A stretch of 64,000 nt of DNA from Aulosira sp. ZfuVER01 (GCA_034530615.2 JAVRCV020000028.1:77919-141918); one strand, 5' to 3'. Shown: positions 1-11,800, counted from the stretch's first letter. The notes: a model not told the origin generated them from the sequence alone. A program made the numbers and translations.

Positions 1-203
1 TTGATACCTCTGTTAGCTCCGCCTTCAATCAAGGTTGCAGGTAATCCTTGAACGTTGGTATTTGGGATCAATTTTGTACTTTCTGCGCCTAATGTGCTAT
101 CTGGAATAATTTGAGCGCGTGCAGAATTTGTCAATGCAGTAGTCATTGTTAGTATAATTATTAACCTTATTTGCCATAAATGTTGCCAATTAGCTCGAAC
201 CAT
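1..203 (-). CDS. 5' part of a filamentous haemagglutinin (TpsA-like) protein, runs off the window; paralog of 448..5190
   Basis: Hand translation from ATG at 203: MVRANWQHLWQIRLIIILTMTTALTNSARAQIIPDSTLGAESTKLIPNTNVQGLPATLIEGGANRGI, nearly identical after the signal peptide to AQIVPDGTLGAESTKLTPNANVQGLPATLIEGGASRGI of the neighbour. Confidence 0.9.
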   Translation of the reverse strand, partial: MVRANWQHLWQIRLIIILTMTTALTNSARAQIIPDSTLGAESTKLIPNTNVQGLPATLIEGGANRGI

Positions 204-447
204 GTCAGTATTGTTCCGCAAGTCTCGTGGAGACTTATTTATACGTAAAAATATTAAAAATAAGTAGATTTTTGGATAAAAATCATTCAACATTCTACTC
301 ATCTCCTAAGGCAAATGGCGAGGATTTTCAGTAGTGTTAAGTAACTAATAAAACTCCGTAAATAAAGTTAGAGAATTGAATAGAAAAAGAGCTTATTTTA
401 ATCCGCGTTGATGTTGAGTTCAGGACTAAAGCCGTGACTACATACTG

Positions 448-3400
448 TCATCGGGTTTTAGCTGCACAGTTAGAGGAATTTAACCAAGCCGCAGAAGATT
501 TCGGTGTATGAGATATGAGGGTGACTTCGCCCTTATCGTTGAATACCCAACCTGTCGCAGGCATAATTAATACCGTCTTCTGTTTGACGGGGGTTGCAGT
601 TGCAGCAGGAATGGAATTTGACTGCTGTGTTGTACTAGCCCGGATGCGGATATCTTCCCAAACAGTATCACTGCTGAGAAATTCGTCAGGTTTAGGCGGT
701 AAACCACCACGCCCAGCATCAGTAAATGCACTAGCCACTTTTTCATTAACCGCGCTACAACTTTGAGCTATTTGCTGGGAAGGGTCAGTGGCGTTGATTG
801 GTAAAGCAACAATTCCTTTGCTGGGGTCAATATCTGGGGAACTGATGCTGACTATGCCATTTAATTGGGGGTTGGTTTGAGAAATCGCTGTAATATCGTT
901 AGTTGGCAGAAATTGGGGGTCAAGTTTTTCCGGGTCGGTTGTGCCTAATTTCTGCTCAAGTTCTTGCCTAGTCAGCGTTGCTAGCCCAATCACTCCTTTG
1001 GCATTGATTTCGATTGTCCCACCGCTACCAGAGAAAGCATTCGCAGAGATATCGTTATTTTCAACAGCAGGGGAAACAATAAAGCCTCGATCGGGATCTA
1101 GATTAATGGCGATCGCACCGCCATCGCCACCTGCACCTTGTCTGCCTGCGGTAGTCGAGACCACGCTGTTGCGACGAAACAGCAATAAATCTTGCAAGTT
1201 GAGGCTAATACTACCGCCTTGTCCGCTATTGGTGTCGGCGGTAATTTTGGCTTGATTATCCAGAAAAAGGCGATTAGCGCTCATGCTAATACTACCTGCG
1301 ACACCTGTTCCCTGGCTATCTACAGTGATTTTTGCATCATCTTTAATAATGGCTTGCCCTGATGCAACATGAATTGTCCCACCATTGCCAGTAGAGTTTA
1401 CTTCTGTATTGGCGAATAGTCCACTATATTGATTAATCGAGCCGAGGATGCGTTTAATTTCGCTATCATTTTGCGGGACAACAAAATCGTAGGTATCTTT
1501 AATTGAATTGAATTGATTTTTTAGTTCATTTAGTCGTTGATCGTATGCTAAGTCTTGACCAGCGATCGCAACATTATCGGTTGCATTAATTTTGATGTTA
1601 CCAGCTTGTCCACTTCTATAGGTGTTAGTAACAATTTGTCCACCGCCTGCAATATCAATATTATTGACATTAACGTTGATATTGCCACCGCTGCCGCTAC
1701 TTTTAGAGGAAGCGCTCAAAACAGCACCATCTTTAAGGTTCAAATTACCAGTATTAATAGTTATATTGCCGCCAGGCCCCGCATCTAGTTGTTCGCTTTC
1801 GGTATTAACAAAGAATCCGCTAGAAAATCCATTTAAAGGTGATGCACCAGATATGGTGACAGAAGCAGCAGATTGTTCTTGAGAGTTAAGAGGATTAATA
1901 GTAATATTGCCACCTTTACCACTAGCAAAAGTATCGGCATTGATTCTCGAACCCTCTGTTAAAGAAAGAGACTGTGTTTGTATATTGGCATTACCGGCAT
2001 TACCGCTACCAAAAGTTTGAGCATCGATTCTTGATGTATTGCTTAAGGTCAATAACTGAGTGTTTATCTCTAGATTACCTGCATTACCACTGCCAAAAGT
2101 TTCCGCTTGAATTAGCGATTCATTACTGAAAGAAAGCTCCTGAGTTTTGATATTGACATTGCCAGCATTTCCAGTGTAATAAGTTCTCGCATTTAAAGTA
2201 GAACTGTCTGTAAAAGATACTGTTTTATCTGCTGTAATATAGACGTTACCACCGTTTCCTGAACCAAAAGTACTAGCATTTAAAAGAGAGTGTTTTGTTA
2301 ATAGAAAAGAATTAGCAGTGATATTAATATCACCACCACCCTGACCTTCTTTTTTTTCTACATTTTGGGGTTCTGTGGGAAGTAGCCCATCGCTACCAGT
2401 GTTGATACTGCTTTCAGAAAGCGATACTGCACCACCAGTTGTGTTAACAGTTACGCTTCCTGCTTTTCCAGATCCTTGAGTATTAGCCAATAGAGAACTT
2501 TGGTTACTCAAAGATACTGAGTTAGCCTTAACGCTAATATTTCCTCCATTCCCTGAACCATAAGTTGCAGTTTCTAGATTACTGCTAGTAAGAAATAAGC
2601 CTCCAAGAGATTGAACTATGATATTTCCAGCATCTTTAGTAAGGATATTTTCTTGATTATTACCTTCTACTAAGTTGATAGCGGTCAAGAAAGTATGGTC
2701 AAGTGTGACTTTATTAGGGATGATTGACATTTCATCAAAAGTATTGCCAATTAAGATATTTCCAAAATAGCCATTACTAAAAATTCCATTATTTGGAGTC
2801 CTATCACTAGCAGAATTGTCAATAAGAGAAATCTCATTTAGCGCATTAATAATTATATTTCCAGCATAACCACCACCTGTATTAGTTGTACTCACCCTTG
2901 AATGATTCACCTGTACCGAGTCTTGATTGGCAGTAATTTGAATATAGCCAGGTAAAAAGTAAGTATTGGAATCATTAGGATTAATGACTAAGCTATTACT
3001 TTCACTAGTTATTTGGCTGTCATTAATAGAGATATCTTTCTCACTAGCATGAATCTCGATAGATCCAGCTTCTCCTAAGCCATTATTATCTGTTTTTAGA
3101 GTAGCTGCTTTTAGGGATATTGCACCAGCTTCAATACTAATATTACCTGCATCACCTGTACCACTTAAGACATCGCTATTTAGCCAAGAATCGAAAATAT
3201 TCACTGTACTGGGAGAGAAGTTGGCATATTCTGATTTGCCAATAAAAATTCTGCCATAATTTCCAGTACTAGAAATTTGAGTTTTATTCTCTACCCTAAC
3301 TTCGTTACGAGCGCTAATATTTATATCTCCAGCGTAGCCTGAACTAGCATTGTTAGTATTCAGATGAGACCCATTTAAGTAGACAGAACCATTCGTAGAT

Positions 3401-5190
3401 TTGATATTTATGCTGCTAAATTCTTTACCATTTGAACTATTAGCTCCATCCGTGAAATGGCTAGAGGCTGTTATATTACCTAAATAAATATCACCAGGAG
3501 CTTCAATCGTTACGTCTCCAGCAAATCCATTGGGTGTTGCCGATACAATATCTCCTAATCTTGTATCAATTCCCCCATTTTTACTAATGAGGGTAATATT
3601 ACCTCCATTTCCACTACTAGTCTGAACTAAATTTGAAAGCAATGGACTTCCAATGCGAATATTGTTATTAGCAAGGAATTGGATATTATTATTACTGTCA
3701 ATACCATAAGAAATATCAATTACGCCATTAGTTGTGATATCACTTCGGGAATCAATGATAACATCACCAAAAGTTTGGATAAGATTAGTTGTAATTTTGC
3801 CAGGTAATTGATTAGGAGCGTACTGATTATTTAAAAGGATTTTGCCCTTGATAGGTTCACCAGTGCCAGAATAATTTAAATTGACAATTCTACCGATATT
3901 AATATCTGCACTTGAAGGTGGTGCGTTAGGGTTAATGATGCCAATAGCACCAGGAATCGGATTTGGTGTTAGCCCGGGAGTCCCAAAAGCATTAGTTCCA
4001 GCGCGAATATCTAAAGTTGGTTCCAATGCACCATTAATAGCAACAGAATTCGTGCCATTAGGGAGGCTGGTTGATAGTGGTACATTTTCTGTGATGGCGT
4101 TAGTTGCATCTGCACCAGTAATTGTAATACTGCCAATATTTACAGAACCTCCTGCGAATATGTGCAAAGAAGCGCCTTGATAACTATTGAAACTCACATC
4201 TCCACTAGCACGAATGATGGGATCTCCAGGACTTTTAAGATTGCCCAAATTGCCGTCGAGTTTCTCAATGCGAAAATGGCCACCAGCCCAGTAGTGCGCA
4301 TCTCCAGCTACAGCATTGGGACTGCGCAACACCATATCGCTACCAGAGAACAAGCTACTTTGAGGGTGATTGAGGGCAAAGATATCGACAGCGCGATCGC
4401 CTTGTACAATTAACTGATTACCTGCACTAGCAATGAATGAATTTGCAGCTGTATCTCTGAGTTTGACGGTATCTTGAGCCTGTAGTGTTAAATCTCTGCC
4501 AGCCTGTAACTTACCTTGTAAGTCGAGATTACCAGCGATGAGACTCAAATCTTGCCCGACGCTTAAATTCGCTGTATTGCGAATACTTGCAGGCTGATTT
4601 GCACCAAACTGCAACCCCGGACGCAAGCTGACTGTCAGTAGTGGTGCGGCTTCGGGATTTGTGGCGCTGAACTTTAAGCCATTTTCAAAGACAAAGCTAT
4701 TGGCTGTTGTCGCCAGAAATGAACCTGGAACATCTAAACGGGCATTTGAGCCAAAAATAATACCATTGGGATTAAGGAAGAACAGATTTGCTCTGCCATC
4801 CACACCCAAAGTACCGAAAATCTTTGAGGGATCGCTACCTGTGACGCGAGTGAAGATGTTTTCAATACCTGCGGGATTGGCAAAGTAGACTCGTTGTCCA
4901 TCACTTACGTTGAATTGTAAGAAACTCTGGAATAAATTGATACCTCTGCTAGCTCCGCCTTCAATCAAGGTGGCGGGTAATCCTTGAACGTTGGCATTTG
5001 GTGTCAATTTGGTACTTTCTGCACCTAATGTGCCATCTGGGACAATTTGAGCCTGTACAGAATCTAGAAATGTAGTAATTATGCTACTGATAGTTAGTAC
5101 AATTACTAAGCCAAATTTTCGTAACTGTTGGTGATTAGCTCGAAGGATGGCAGTATTAGCCTTAGAGTTTTCAGCGCTTATGGTATACAC
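448..5190 (-). CDS. Filamentous haemagglutinin family exoprotein (TPS secretion domain plus beta-helical G/N/S/T-rich repeats)
   Basis: Signal peptide ending AQ; TPS motifs NLFQSFLQFNV, NIFTRVTG, NLFFLNPNGIIFG; many GNAGNI/GNGGNI repeats; typical cyanobacterial C-terminus GRGGLPP...PATGWVFNDKGEV. Confidence 0.92.
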   Translation of the reverse strand: MYTISAENSKANTAILRANHQQLRKFGLVIVLTISSIITTFLDSVQAQIVPDGTLGAESTKLTPNANVQGLPATLIEGGASRGINLFQSFLQFNVSDGQRVYFANPAGIENIFTRVTGSDPSKIFGTLGVDGRANLFFLNPNGIIFGSNARLDVPGSFLATTANSFVFENGLKFSATNPEAAPLLTVSLRPGLQFGANQPASIRNTANLSVGQDLSLIAGNLDLQGKLQAGRDLTLQAQDTVKLRDTAANSFIASAGNQLIVQGDRAVDIFALNHPQSSLFSGSDMVLRSPNAVAGDAHYWAGGHFRIEKLDGNLGNLKSPGDPIIRASGDVSFNSYQGASLHIFAGGSVNIGSITITGADATNAITENVPLSTSLPNGTNSVAINGALEPTLDIRAGTNAFGTPGLTPNPIPGAIGIINPNAPPSSADINIGRIVNLNYSGTGEPIKGKILLNNQYAPNQLPGKITTNLIQTFGDVIIDSRSDITTNGVIDISYGIDSNNNIQFLANNNIRIGSPLLSNLVQTSSGNGGNITLISKNGGIDTRLGDIVSATPNGFAGDVTIEAPGDIYLGNITASSHFTDGANSSNGKEFSSINIKSTNGSVYLNGSHLNTNNASSGYAGDINISARNEVRVENKTQISSTGNYGRIFIGKSEYANFSPSTVNIFDSWLNSDVLSGTGDAGNISIEAGAISLKAATLKTDNNGLGEAGSIEIHASEKDISINDSQITSESNSLVINPNDSNTYFLPGYIQITANQDSVQVNHSRVSTTNTGGGYAGNIIINALNEISLIDNSASDRTPNNGIFSNGYFGNILIGNTFDEMSIIPNKVTLDHTFLTAINLVEGNNQENILTKDAGNIIVQSLGGLFLTSSNLETATYGSGNGGNISVKANSVSLSNQSSLLANTQGSGKAGSVTVNTTGGAVSLSESSINTGSDGLLPTEPQNVEKKEGQGGGDINITANSFLLTKHSLLNASTFGSGNGGNVYITADKTVSFTDSSTLNARTYYTGNAGNVNIKTQELSFSNESLIQAETFGSGNAGNLEINTQLLTLSNTSRIDAQTFGSGNAGNANIQTQSLSLTEGSRINADTFASGKGGNITINPLNSQEQSAASVTISGASPLNGFSSGFFVNTESEQLDAGPGGNITINTGNLNLKDGAVLSASSKSSGSGGNINVNVNNIDIAGGGQIVTNTYRSGQAGNIKINATDNVAIAGQDLAYDQRLNELKNQFNSIKDTYDFVVPQNDSEIKRILGSINQYSGLFANTEVNSTGNGGTIHVASGQAIIKDDAKITVDSQGTGVAGSISMSANRLFLDNQAKITADTNSGQGGSISLNLQDLLLFRRNSVVSTTAGRQGAGGDGGAIAINLDPDRGFIVSPAVENNDISANAFSGSGGTIEINAKGVIGLATLTRQELEQKLGTTDPEKLDPQFLPTNDITAISQTNPQLNGIVSISSPDIDPSKGIVALPINATDPSQQIAQSCSAVNEKVASAFTDAGRGGLPPKPDEFLSSDTVWEDIRIRASTTQQSNSIPAATATPVKQKTVLIMPATGWVFNDKGEVTLISHTPKSSAAWLNSSNCAAKTR

Positions 5191-5401
5191 AATTATTAGA
5201 TAAATTAAGTAGATTTTTGGTTAAAAATTATCCAACATTCTACTCATATACCAGGGTAAATGGCGAGGTCGATGATTTTCTAAGCCTTGTAGTAAAAAAG
5301 ACATAAATCTAAAATTTTATGAAGTGCGATCGCACCTGTAGCGGTTTGTCCTTGCGATCGCAACGCTCTATAAACTTATACTCTCAAGCAAACATATAAA
5401 A

Positions 5402-5431
5402 ATACCCGGTTTCTTTTGGAAAACCGGGTAT
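5402..5431. terminator. Palindromic hairpin downstream of the DUF928 gene (possible terminator or dispersed repeat)
   Basis: ATACCCGGTTT-CTTTTGGA-AAACCGGGTAT inverted repeat. Confidence 0.5.
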
Positions 5432-5589
5432 GTAACTAATTATTGATTCATTGAAAGCAGCAGGAAAATCTATTCCCTTGTGATGGAGAGAGACAACCGC
5501 CCCACAGCATAGGGTATAGGAAAGTTTACCAATGCCCTATGCCCCATTCCCCATGCCCAAAAACTCTACCCACAAGGGGATGGAGTTTT

Positions 5590-6528
5590 TCATTTTTGAG
5601 GAGTACAACATGGCAACAAGGGCTTATCTGTAACCTCCTCAAGGTTCACTGACTTCAATAAATCTGCCCAGTATTGTTGGACTTCAGTATTAGTGGGATT
5701 CTGACGGCGTAAATCAGCTAAAATGCTGAGTGCATTTTCCCAAAATCCAGCGGTTGCATACAGAACAGCACGATCTAAAGGTTTTGGAGTCTCTTGTATC
5801 TGCTCTGCAATGTTCTCATCCTGCATGAGTTCAATTTTACCTTCTAGATACACATCGCGATCGCGGCTGTTAGGATCGCAAATCATGGAAAAACTCCAAG
5901 TATACTCTTTGTCTGCTTTTAAAGATGGTTGGTTAGCAGGTAAAGTTACACTTACAATTCCAGCTTGCCGAACTGCTGGGAAACTTTCTTTATATAACGG
6001 ATCTGTATTCTCGTCATCCCGCAAAGCAAATTCTATTCCTGCTACTGTTTCAGAAGTTTTAGGAATATAGAAGAAGAATGTCGGATGGTCATTTGTGGTA
6101 TGTTGCGCTTCTTTACTGCTGGGAATCAAAGGAATAGCAATCTCTGCATTCTGGAAACACGATCCTCGTGATGCTGCTGACCTTACCCTACCTGGTTTGC
6201 CGGGAACAAAACCAATCAAACTTCTGCGGCCTTGAATATAACCTGTGACATTCCTAATTGCCGCAGTCGCATATCTATCTCCGGGACGTAGTTGTGCTGC
6301 TTGCTGAAAAAATCCCAAAGCTTTGCGGTAGTTTCTCTGCCTAGTAGCAGTGTAGCCCGATCGCATATATTGGTCATAAGCAGACTTTGCTTGTGCTACT
6401 TGATAAACTGAATCTGCTGCTAAAAGTTTGCTAGTACTGATAGCGCTAAAAGGTAGACATACTAAAACAGCAAACAGATAACTTTTCCACAATTTACCTT
6501 TCATAATCTTTATATCAGCTGGTACCAC
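5590..6528 (-). CDS. Secreted DUF928-domain protein with N-terminal TPR-like helix pair
   Basis: Signal peptide; AASRGSC...HPTFFFYIP...GIVSVTLP...YTWSFSMICDP...YATAGFWENAL...LLKSVNL..PLLPCC pattern typical of DUF928. Confidence 0.85.
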   Translation of the reverse strand: MVPADIKIMKGKLWKSYLFAVLVCLPFSAISTSKLLAADSVYQVAQAKSAYDQYMRSGYTATRQRNYRKALGFFQQAAQLRPGDRYATAAIRNVTGYIQGRRSLIGFVPGKPGRVRSAASRGSCFQNAEIAIPLIPSSKEAQHTTNDHPTFFFYIPKTSETVAGIEFALRDDENTDPLYKESFPAVRQAGIVSVTLPANQPSLKADKEYTWSFSMICDPNSRDRDVYLEGKIELMQDENIAEQIQETPKPLDRAVLYATAGFWENALSILADLRRQNPTNTEVQQYWADLLKSVNLEEVTDKPLLPCCTPQK

Positions 6529-6699
6529 TGTACTAAGTTTCTAATACAGTCAAAGCTTTTTTTTATAACGATTTTCTGAGATGCAAACCTAATATAATTA
6601 CAAACTTCATGTTAAAAGCCCTGAATGTATGTATGTCTACATAGATATACATACTTACGTTAGACAGGGGATGACAATTACTAGTTCCCAATAGAACTG

Positions 6700-7773
6700 C
6701 TATAGCCCTTTAAATCCCATACCCATTTCTATCTGCTGTTCAACCTGCATAGAACTCAACTTCCGAGAAGCAATTCTGCGAGAATTTTGCCGTTGAGTAC
6801 CAAGCTGACTGAGGAATATACCAACTAATATCAAGCTACCACCAAGGTATTGAGCCATTGTCGGGGCTTCATTTAATATCAAAAAAGCTGCAATAATGCC
6901 TATGATTGGGGTAAATGAGCCAATTAAGGAAGCAGTTGAGACTGTAGAAGCTCTTAAACCTTTAATCCAAAATGACTGGCCTAGCACTACAATCACGACA
7001 CCATAAACTAACATCCATTGCCAAAGAAAAGGTGAGAATACATCTATAAAATGCTCTTGACCATAGAGTCCTAAAGCAATAAAGAAAAAGATTACCGTTC
7101 CTAAGGCAGTACGAAATATAGTGTAAATTCCTAAGGGAATCTGGGAAAGGTATTTTTTACCAATAATTGTGGAAATAGCGACAGCCAAAGCTCCTAATGC
7201 TGCTAATATTTCCCCTAAACCCAATCTCAGACCTCCCATGTCCATCATGGCTTTCTCTGGGGATTGTAGGAGAATTGTCAGACTAACACCAATAAATGCT
7301 GCGATCGCACCGCCAATTTCCCATTTATTTACCCGTTCTCGCAACAACCAGACAGAGAAAGCCAAAGTTAATGGTGGTTCCAAGCGACTAATTAAGACGA
7401 CATTATTAACTCCTGTAATTGCTAGTGCTTGGAAAATTAAGCCAGGAGCCAGCGCTCCCGATAAGACAGCTACTATGGTGAGACTGAGCCAATCTCTTTT
7501 TGATAGTCGGCGTAAGTTCGTTTTATTCCACTGTCGCCAATAGATTGCAATCAGCACCATTAAGGCGCACAGATTGCCGACAAACAAGACATTGCACAAT
7601 GATATGGGATTGCGATCGCCTATGAAGTGTTGGGCACCAATTTCTGTTAACTTGCGGGTGACTGCACTAGATGCGCCAAAGATCAGAATTGCTAACCAGA
7701 GATATATTTGCCCTGGAACCTTGTGCGTGAGGCGATGTTGTCTTTTTTCTCTAGTCACAATCCACCACTGCAT
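6700..7773 (-). CDS. DMT/EamA family transporter
   Basis: About 10 hydrophobic helices in two repeats; LLRERV and ILNEAPT...GG..IL.GI motifs. Confidence 0.88.
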   Translation of the reverse strand: MQWWIVTREKRQHRLTHKVPGQIYLWLAILIFGASSAVTRKLTEIGAQHFIGDRNPISLCNVLFVGNLCALMVLIAIYWRQWNKTNLRRLSKRDWLSLTIVAVLSGALAPGLIFQALAITGVNNVVLISRLEPPLTLAFSVWLLRERVNKWEIGGAIAAFIGVSLTILLQSPEKAMMDMGGLRLGLGEILAALGALAVAISTIIGKKYLSQIPLGIYTIFRTALGTVIFFFIALGLYGQEHFIDVFSPFLWQWMLVYGVVIVVLGQSFWIKGLRASTVSTASLIGSFTPIIGIIAAFLILNEAPTMAQYLGGSLILVGIFLSQLGTQRQNSRRIASRKLSSMQVEQQIEMGMGFKGL

Positions 7774-7994
7774 ATTTAAGTTGCCCTTATCTATTCATCA
7801 TGAGGCTTTGCGAAAAAAATACTGAAATTAACTTGTAAATTTAAGATGTCATAACTCTATGAGGAAACGCTGAGAAGCAACTTAAATTTCTCAAGGGATA
7901 AATTCATCAAAATCATGGCTGAGTTTCAGATGAGCTTCAGTCTCAACAGCCATAGTGTGGTTGTTCCAGACAAGCCCAAGATTAGGAGTCACAA

Positions 7995-8372
7995 ATGAAA
8001 CTCGCTGCCATGCTCACAAGTGTTGCTTTAGTTGGTTGTTTTACAATTTGGGATGCTCCCCTCAAAGCCATCAATCCTTTACTCGTTCAAGCTTCAGCCG
8101 CAGAAGCCAAAGATGCTACAGGGTTAACTGCTCAACAAAAAATTGAATATCTCGGAAAACATAAAGGTGAATTTGGTAGTGGAGACGCTTTACGTCGTTA
8201 CTTTTTTGGCGATTTAGAGCCAATTGCTGTACAGCCCGGTGGTGCGGGTATGGTGGTTAACCTTTACAACAAAACTAATGATGTCACGATCGCTTACTGT
8301 ACAACCTACGATGTGGTTGTCGCGATTAAGAAAGGCAAGATTACTAAGTTTGCAGCCAACGAAGTAAAGTAA
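7995..8372 (+). CDS. Hypothetical exported protein
   Basis: AGGAG RBS upstream of ATG; N-terminal signal-like segment; 125-aa ORF; no family recognised. Confidence 0.75.
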   Translation: MKLAAMLTSVALVGCFTIWDAPLKAINPLLVQASAAEAKDATGLTAQQKIEYLGKHKGEFGSGDALRRYFFGDLEPIAVQPGGAGMVVNLYNKTNDVTIAYCTTYDVVVAIKKGKITKFAANEVK

Positions 8373-8572
8373 ACCCCACATTTCAGCTAGTAGGGACTGG
8401 GGACTGGGGAATTTTCCCCGCATTCCCACGTCCCTGGCGCACTTTCCCATGATTGACTGATAAGCTGCGTTTATTAATACTATCCACAAGTATTTGTCAA
8501 GTTGGGTTGACTTATTGTAACAATCTTGTTAAATTTATTTACATAAGTTAACAAGCAGCAAAAGAAAAAACT

Positions 8573-8743
8573 ATGTATACCACAGTTAATGAAGACGGCG
8601 TTCTCAACAACTACGCGATTGAACCACAAATTAGCTATGCTGAGTACCCAACAATTTGGGAACAACGCAAATATCTTTTACAAGCTGGATTCGCTACATT
8701 ACTTGTAACCACTCTCGTGTTGGTTGGCTTGAGCGTTAGCTAA
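8573..8743 (+). CDS. psb34: Photosystem II assembly protein Psb34 (Ssl1498 family), 56 aa; below the ORF-track cutoff
   Basis: Hand translation MYTTVNEDGVLNNYAIEPQISYAEYPTIWEQRKYLLQAGFATLLVTTLVLVGLSVS; the G.LNNYA.EP..YAEYP...EQR motif plus a C-terminal TM helix. Confidence 0.88.
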   Translation: MYTTVNEDGVLNNYAIEPQISYAEYPTIWEQRKYLLQAGFATLLVTTLVLVGLSVS

Positions 8744-8799
8744 GATTTTTTGATTTCGGTAAAAGTAGCTCTCATCGTCATTTAACCTCTTCCCCATCG

Positions 8800-8826
8800 C
8801 CTCGGCTATAAACCGAGGTTTTTTTT
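8800..8826 (+). terminator. Rho-independent terminator after psb34
   Basis: CCTCGG-CTATAAA-CCGAGG hairpin followed by 8 T. Confidence 0.8.
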
Positions 8827-8853
8827 GTGGCAATGGCAATGAGTTTTCAGGCG

Positions 8854-11800
8854 TCAATTAAAAGTGGAACTGCTTACTACCTGATTATCTGCTTGTGCCT
8901 GTTCTAAGCAAACAATTAATTTTTTGGCTAAAATCTGCACACTTGGTTCTCCAAGCATACCTAGATGTGTCCCAGGCACATCGTGCATCTCCACACCTTG
9001 TTTAGCCATTCCATTCCAGCCTCTACAGGGTTTGAACCGACACCATCTCAACACTTCTTTAGTAGTAAATAAAGTTACCTTACCAGCGTAGGGTTGTGGT
9101 ACATAATCCGCCATAGTGGCTCGCTTGAGAGCTTCTATCAATGCCATGTTGTAAGGGTTGGCATCTTCAGTAAAAGAGTGTTCATTCCACAAGTCAAACT
9201 TGCTGCTTGGTTTCCCAGTTAACAAGGAACCAAACCAATCTAGTTTGGCGAGAAAATAGTTCCATTTATCTATTGATCTAAGTCGCAAGAAAGTCAGCAA
9301 ATAGACATAAATTGTACGCAATAGCGAAGGATTATTGATATACAAACTGGGGCTATATGTATCAAACATAGCTAATAAAGCCACGCGATCGCCTTGAGCA
9401 ACTAACTGACGCGCCATTTCAAAAGCAACTGTCCCACCACTAGAAAAACCACCCAACAGATAGGGGCCATGTGGTTGAACAGTACGAATTTCTTGGATGT
9501 AGTGAGATGCCATATCCTCAACCTTAGCGTGGGGAGTTTGTTTACCATCAAGTCCTTGTGCTTGTAACCCATACACAGGTTGTTCTGTACCCAAGTAACG
9601 CACTAGAGTTTGGTAGCCAATAACATTACCTCCGAGGGCATGGATCAAGAATAAAGGACGTTTCGCACTGCTACCTGGCTGAATAGTTACCAGAGAAGAC
9701 CAAGAAACTGATGTATTTGATTGACTGAGAATGCTAGCTAATTGTTCTATGGTTGGTGATTGTAACAAGGTAGCTAGGGGAAGTTTTTGAGCAAATTTCT
9801 TTTCTATTTGTGTAAATAATTTTACCGCTAATAGCGAATTTCCGCCCAAATCAAAGAAATTATCGCTGATGCCAATTGACTCAATACCTAAAACCGCTGA
9901 CCAAATTTGCGCTAACTCGATTTCTATAGTGTTTTTTGGAGAAACAAAGGCTTTTTCTAATTCTGGTCGACTTTGGTCAGGGATGGGCAAAGCACGGCGG
10001 TCTACCTTACTATTAGGAGTCAGTGGAATTTTGGCGATCGCTACAAAGGCAGATGGAATCATATACTCTGGCAATTTCTCTTGCAGAAAACGCCGCAATT
10101 CATTCATCGTTGGTTTAGACTCACCATTGATCGCTACATAAGCTACCAATCGCTTATTTCCAGGCTCATCTTCCCGCGCTATAACTACAGTTTCCTGTAC
10201 ACAATTGTGTTGTGCCAATACATTCTCAATTTCGCCCAACTCGATACGGAAACCGCGAATCTTTACCTGATGGTCAATCCGACCGAGAAATTCAATATTA
10301 CCATCACTGAGATAGCGAGCTAAGTCTCCTGTTTTATAGAGTCGTGCTGATTTCTTGTCACTAAAGGGATTGGGAATGAATTTTTGGGCTGTAAGTTCGG
10401 GTTGATTTAAATAGCCAGAGGCTAAACATTCTCCACCAATATGCAATTCCCCAGAAACACCAATGGGACAGGGATTGAGATAATCATCAAGAATGTAATA
10501 TTCAGCGTTTTGGATGGGTTTACCATAGGGGATACTCTTCCAATATGGCTCAACTTTGCCAATGGGATAATAATTAGACCAAACTGTTGCTTCTGTTGCG
10601 CCACCCAAACTAATCACTTCTACTCCAGGGAAGGTGGCTTTCAGTAAATCTGGCAGTGTGACTGGTATCCAATCACCGCTCATAAATACTAGCCGCAATT
10701 GGGGATGGCAATTACTTTCTTGAACCTTGGAGAAAAAACCGGCCAGTTGTTGCAGTGCAGGCGGTGCAGAGTCCCAGAATGTGATTGGCTCATGGCAAAG
10801 AATGTGCAACAAAGCTTCTGGATCTCGGACATCATGGCTAGGGACAACCCGAACTGAACCACCTGCGGCTAATAATCCGAAAATGTCATAAACTGACAGG
10901 TCAAAACACAAGGATGTGATAAATAAAACTCTATCAGCAGAATTAACATTAAATGTTTTGTTAACCCATTCAATCAGGTTGATAACGGGTCGATGACGAA
11001 CCACGACCCCCTTTGGCGTCCCTGTAGAGCCAGAGGTAAAAATCACATAGGCAATATCATTTGAATTGGCAGATGCAGGCAAATTTCCGCTAGGTAGGAA
11101 ATCGAGATAAGAACGATTCCATACCTGCTGATGTCCAACTTGCCATACAGATTCAGTATGTGCAGATTTATCCAAACAGATTAAGTGTTGCAGTGCTATC
11201 AGTTCTAGCTCATGAATATTAGGTAACAAACAAGTTTGGGTGACTAGACAGTTAATTTCTAGAGAAGACAGCAGTAATTGAATGCGTGCCTTGGGGAAAC
11301 TGGGTTCTAATGGTACGTATGCACCTCCAGCTTTTAAAATCCCTAGCACCGTCGGAATCATTTCTAGCGATCGCTCTAGATATACAGCAACTAACACCCC
11401 AGGCTTAACACCCAGTTGCTTCAAGTGATGGGCTAACTGATTAGCTCTACAGTTCAACTGTTGGTAGGTTAGTTGTTCCTCTCCACAAACGACGGCTACA
11501 GCATCGGGTGTTTGCTCTACCTGCGCCTCAAATAGTTGATGAATACAAAGTTGCTCTGCAAAATCTGCTTGTGTATGATTCCACTCAATCAATATTTGAT
11601 GTTTTTCATCAGTCGTCAATAGTGGTAGTTCTCTTAAACACTGCCAGGGATTATTTGCCATGCTGGACAATAAAGTCTGAAGATGTCCCAGCATCCGACC
11701 GATTTTGGCACGATCGAACTTGTGTTGGTCATATTTGAGTTTCAGTAACATTTCTGACTCTGCATAACCAACCAATGTCAGAGGAAAGTTCGTCTGTTCT

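Noticed and set aside
515..4888. Short plus-strand ORFs inside the FHA gene, and similar antisense ORFs inside other long genes
   Set aside because: Shadow frames of well-supported genes on the opposite strand, with no independent evidence.
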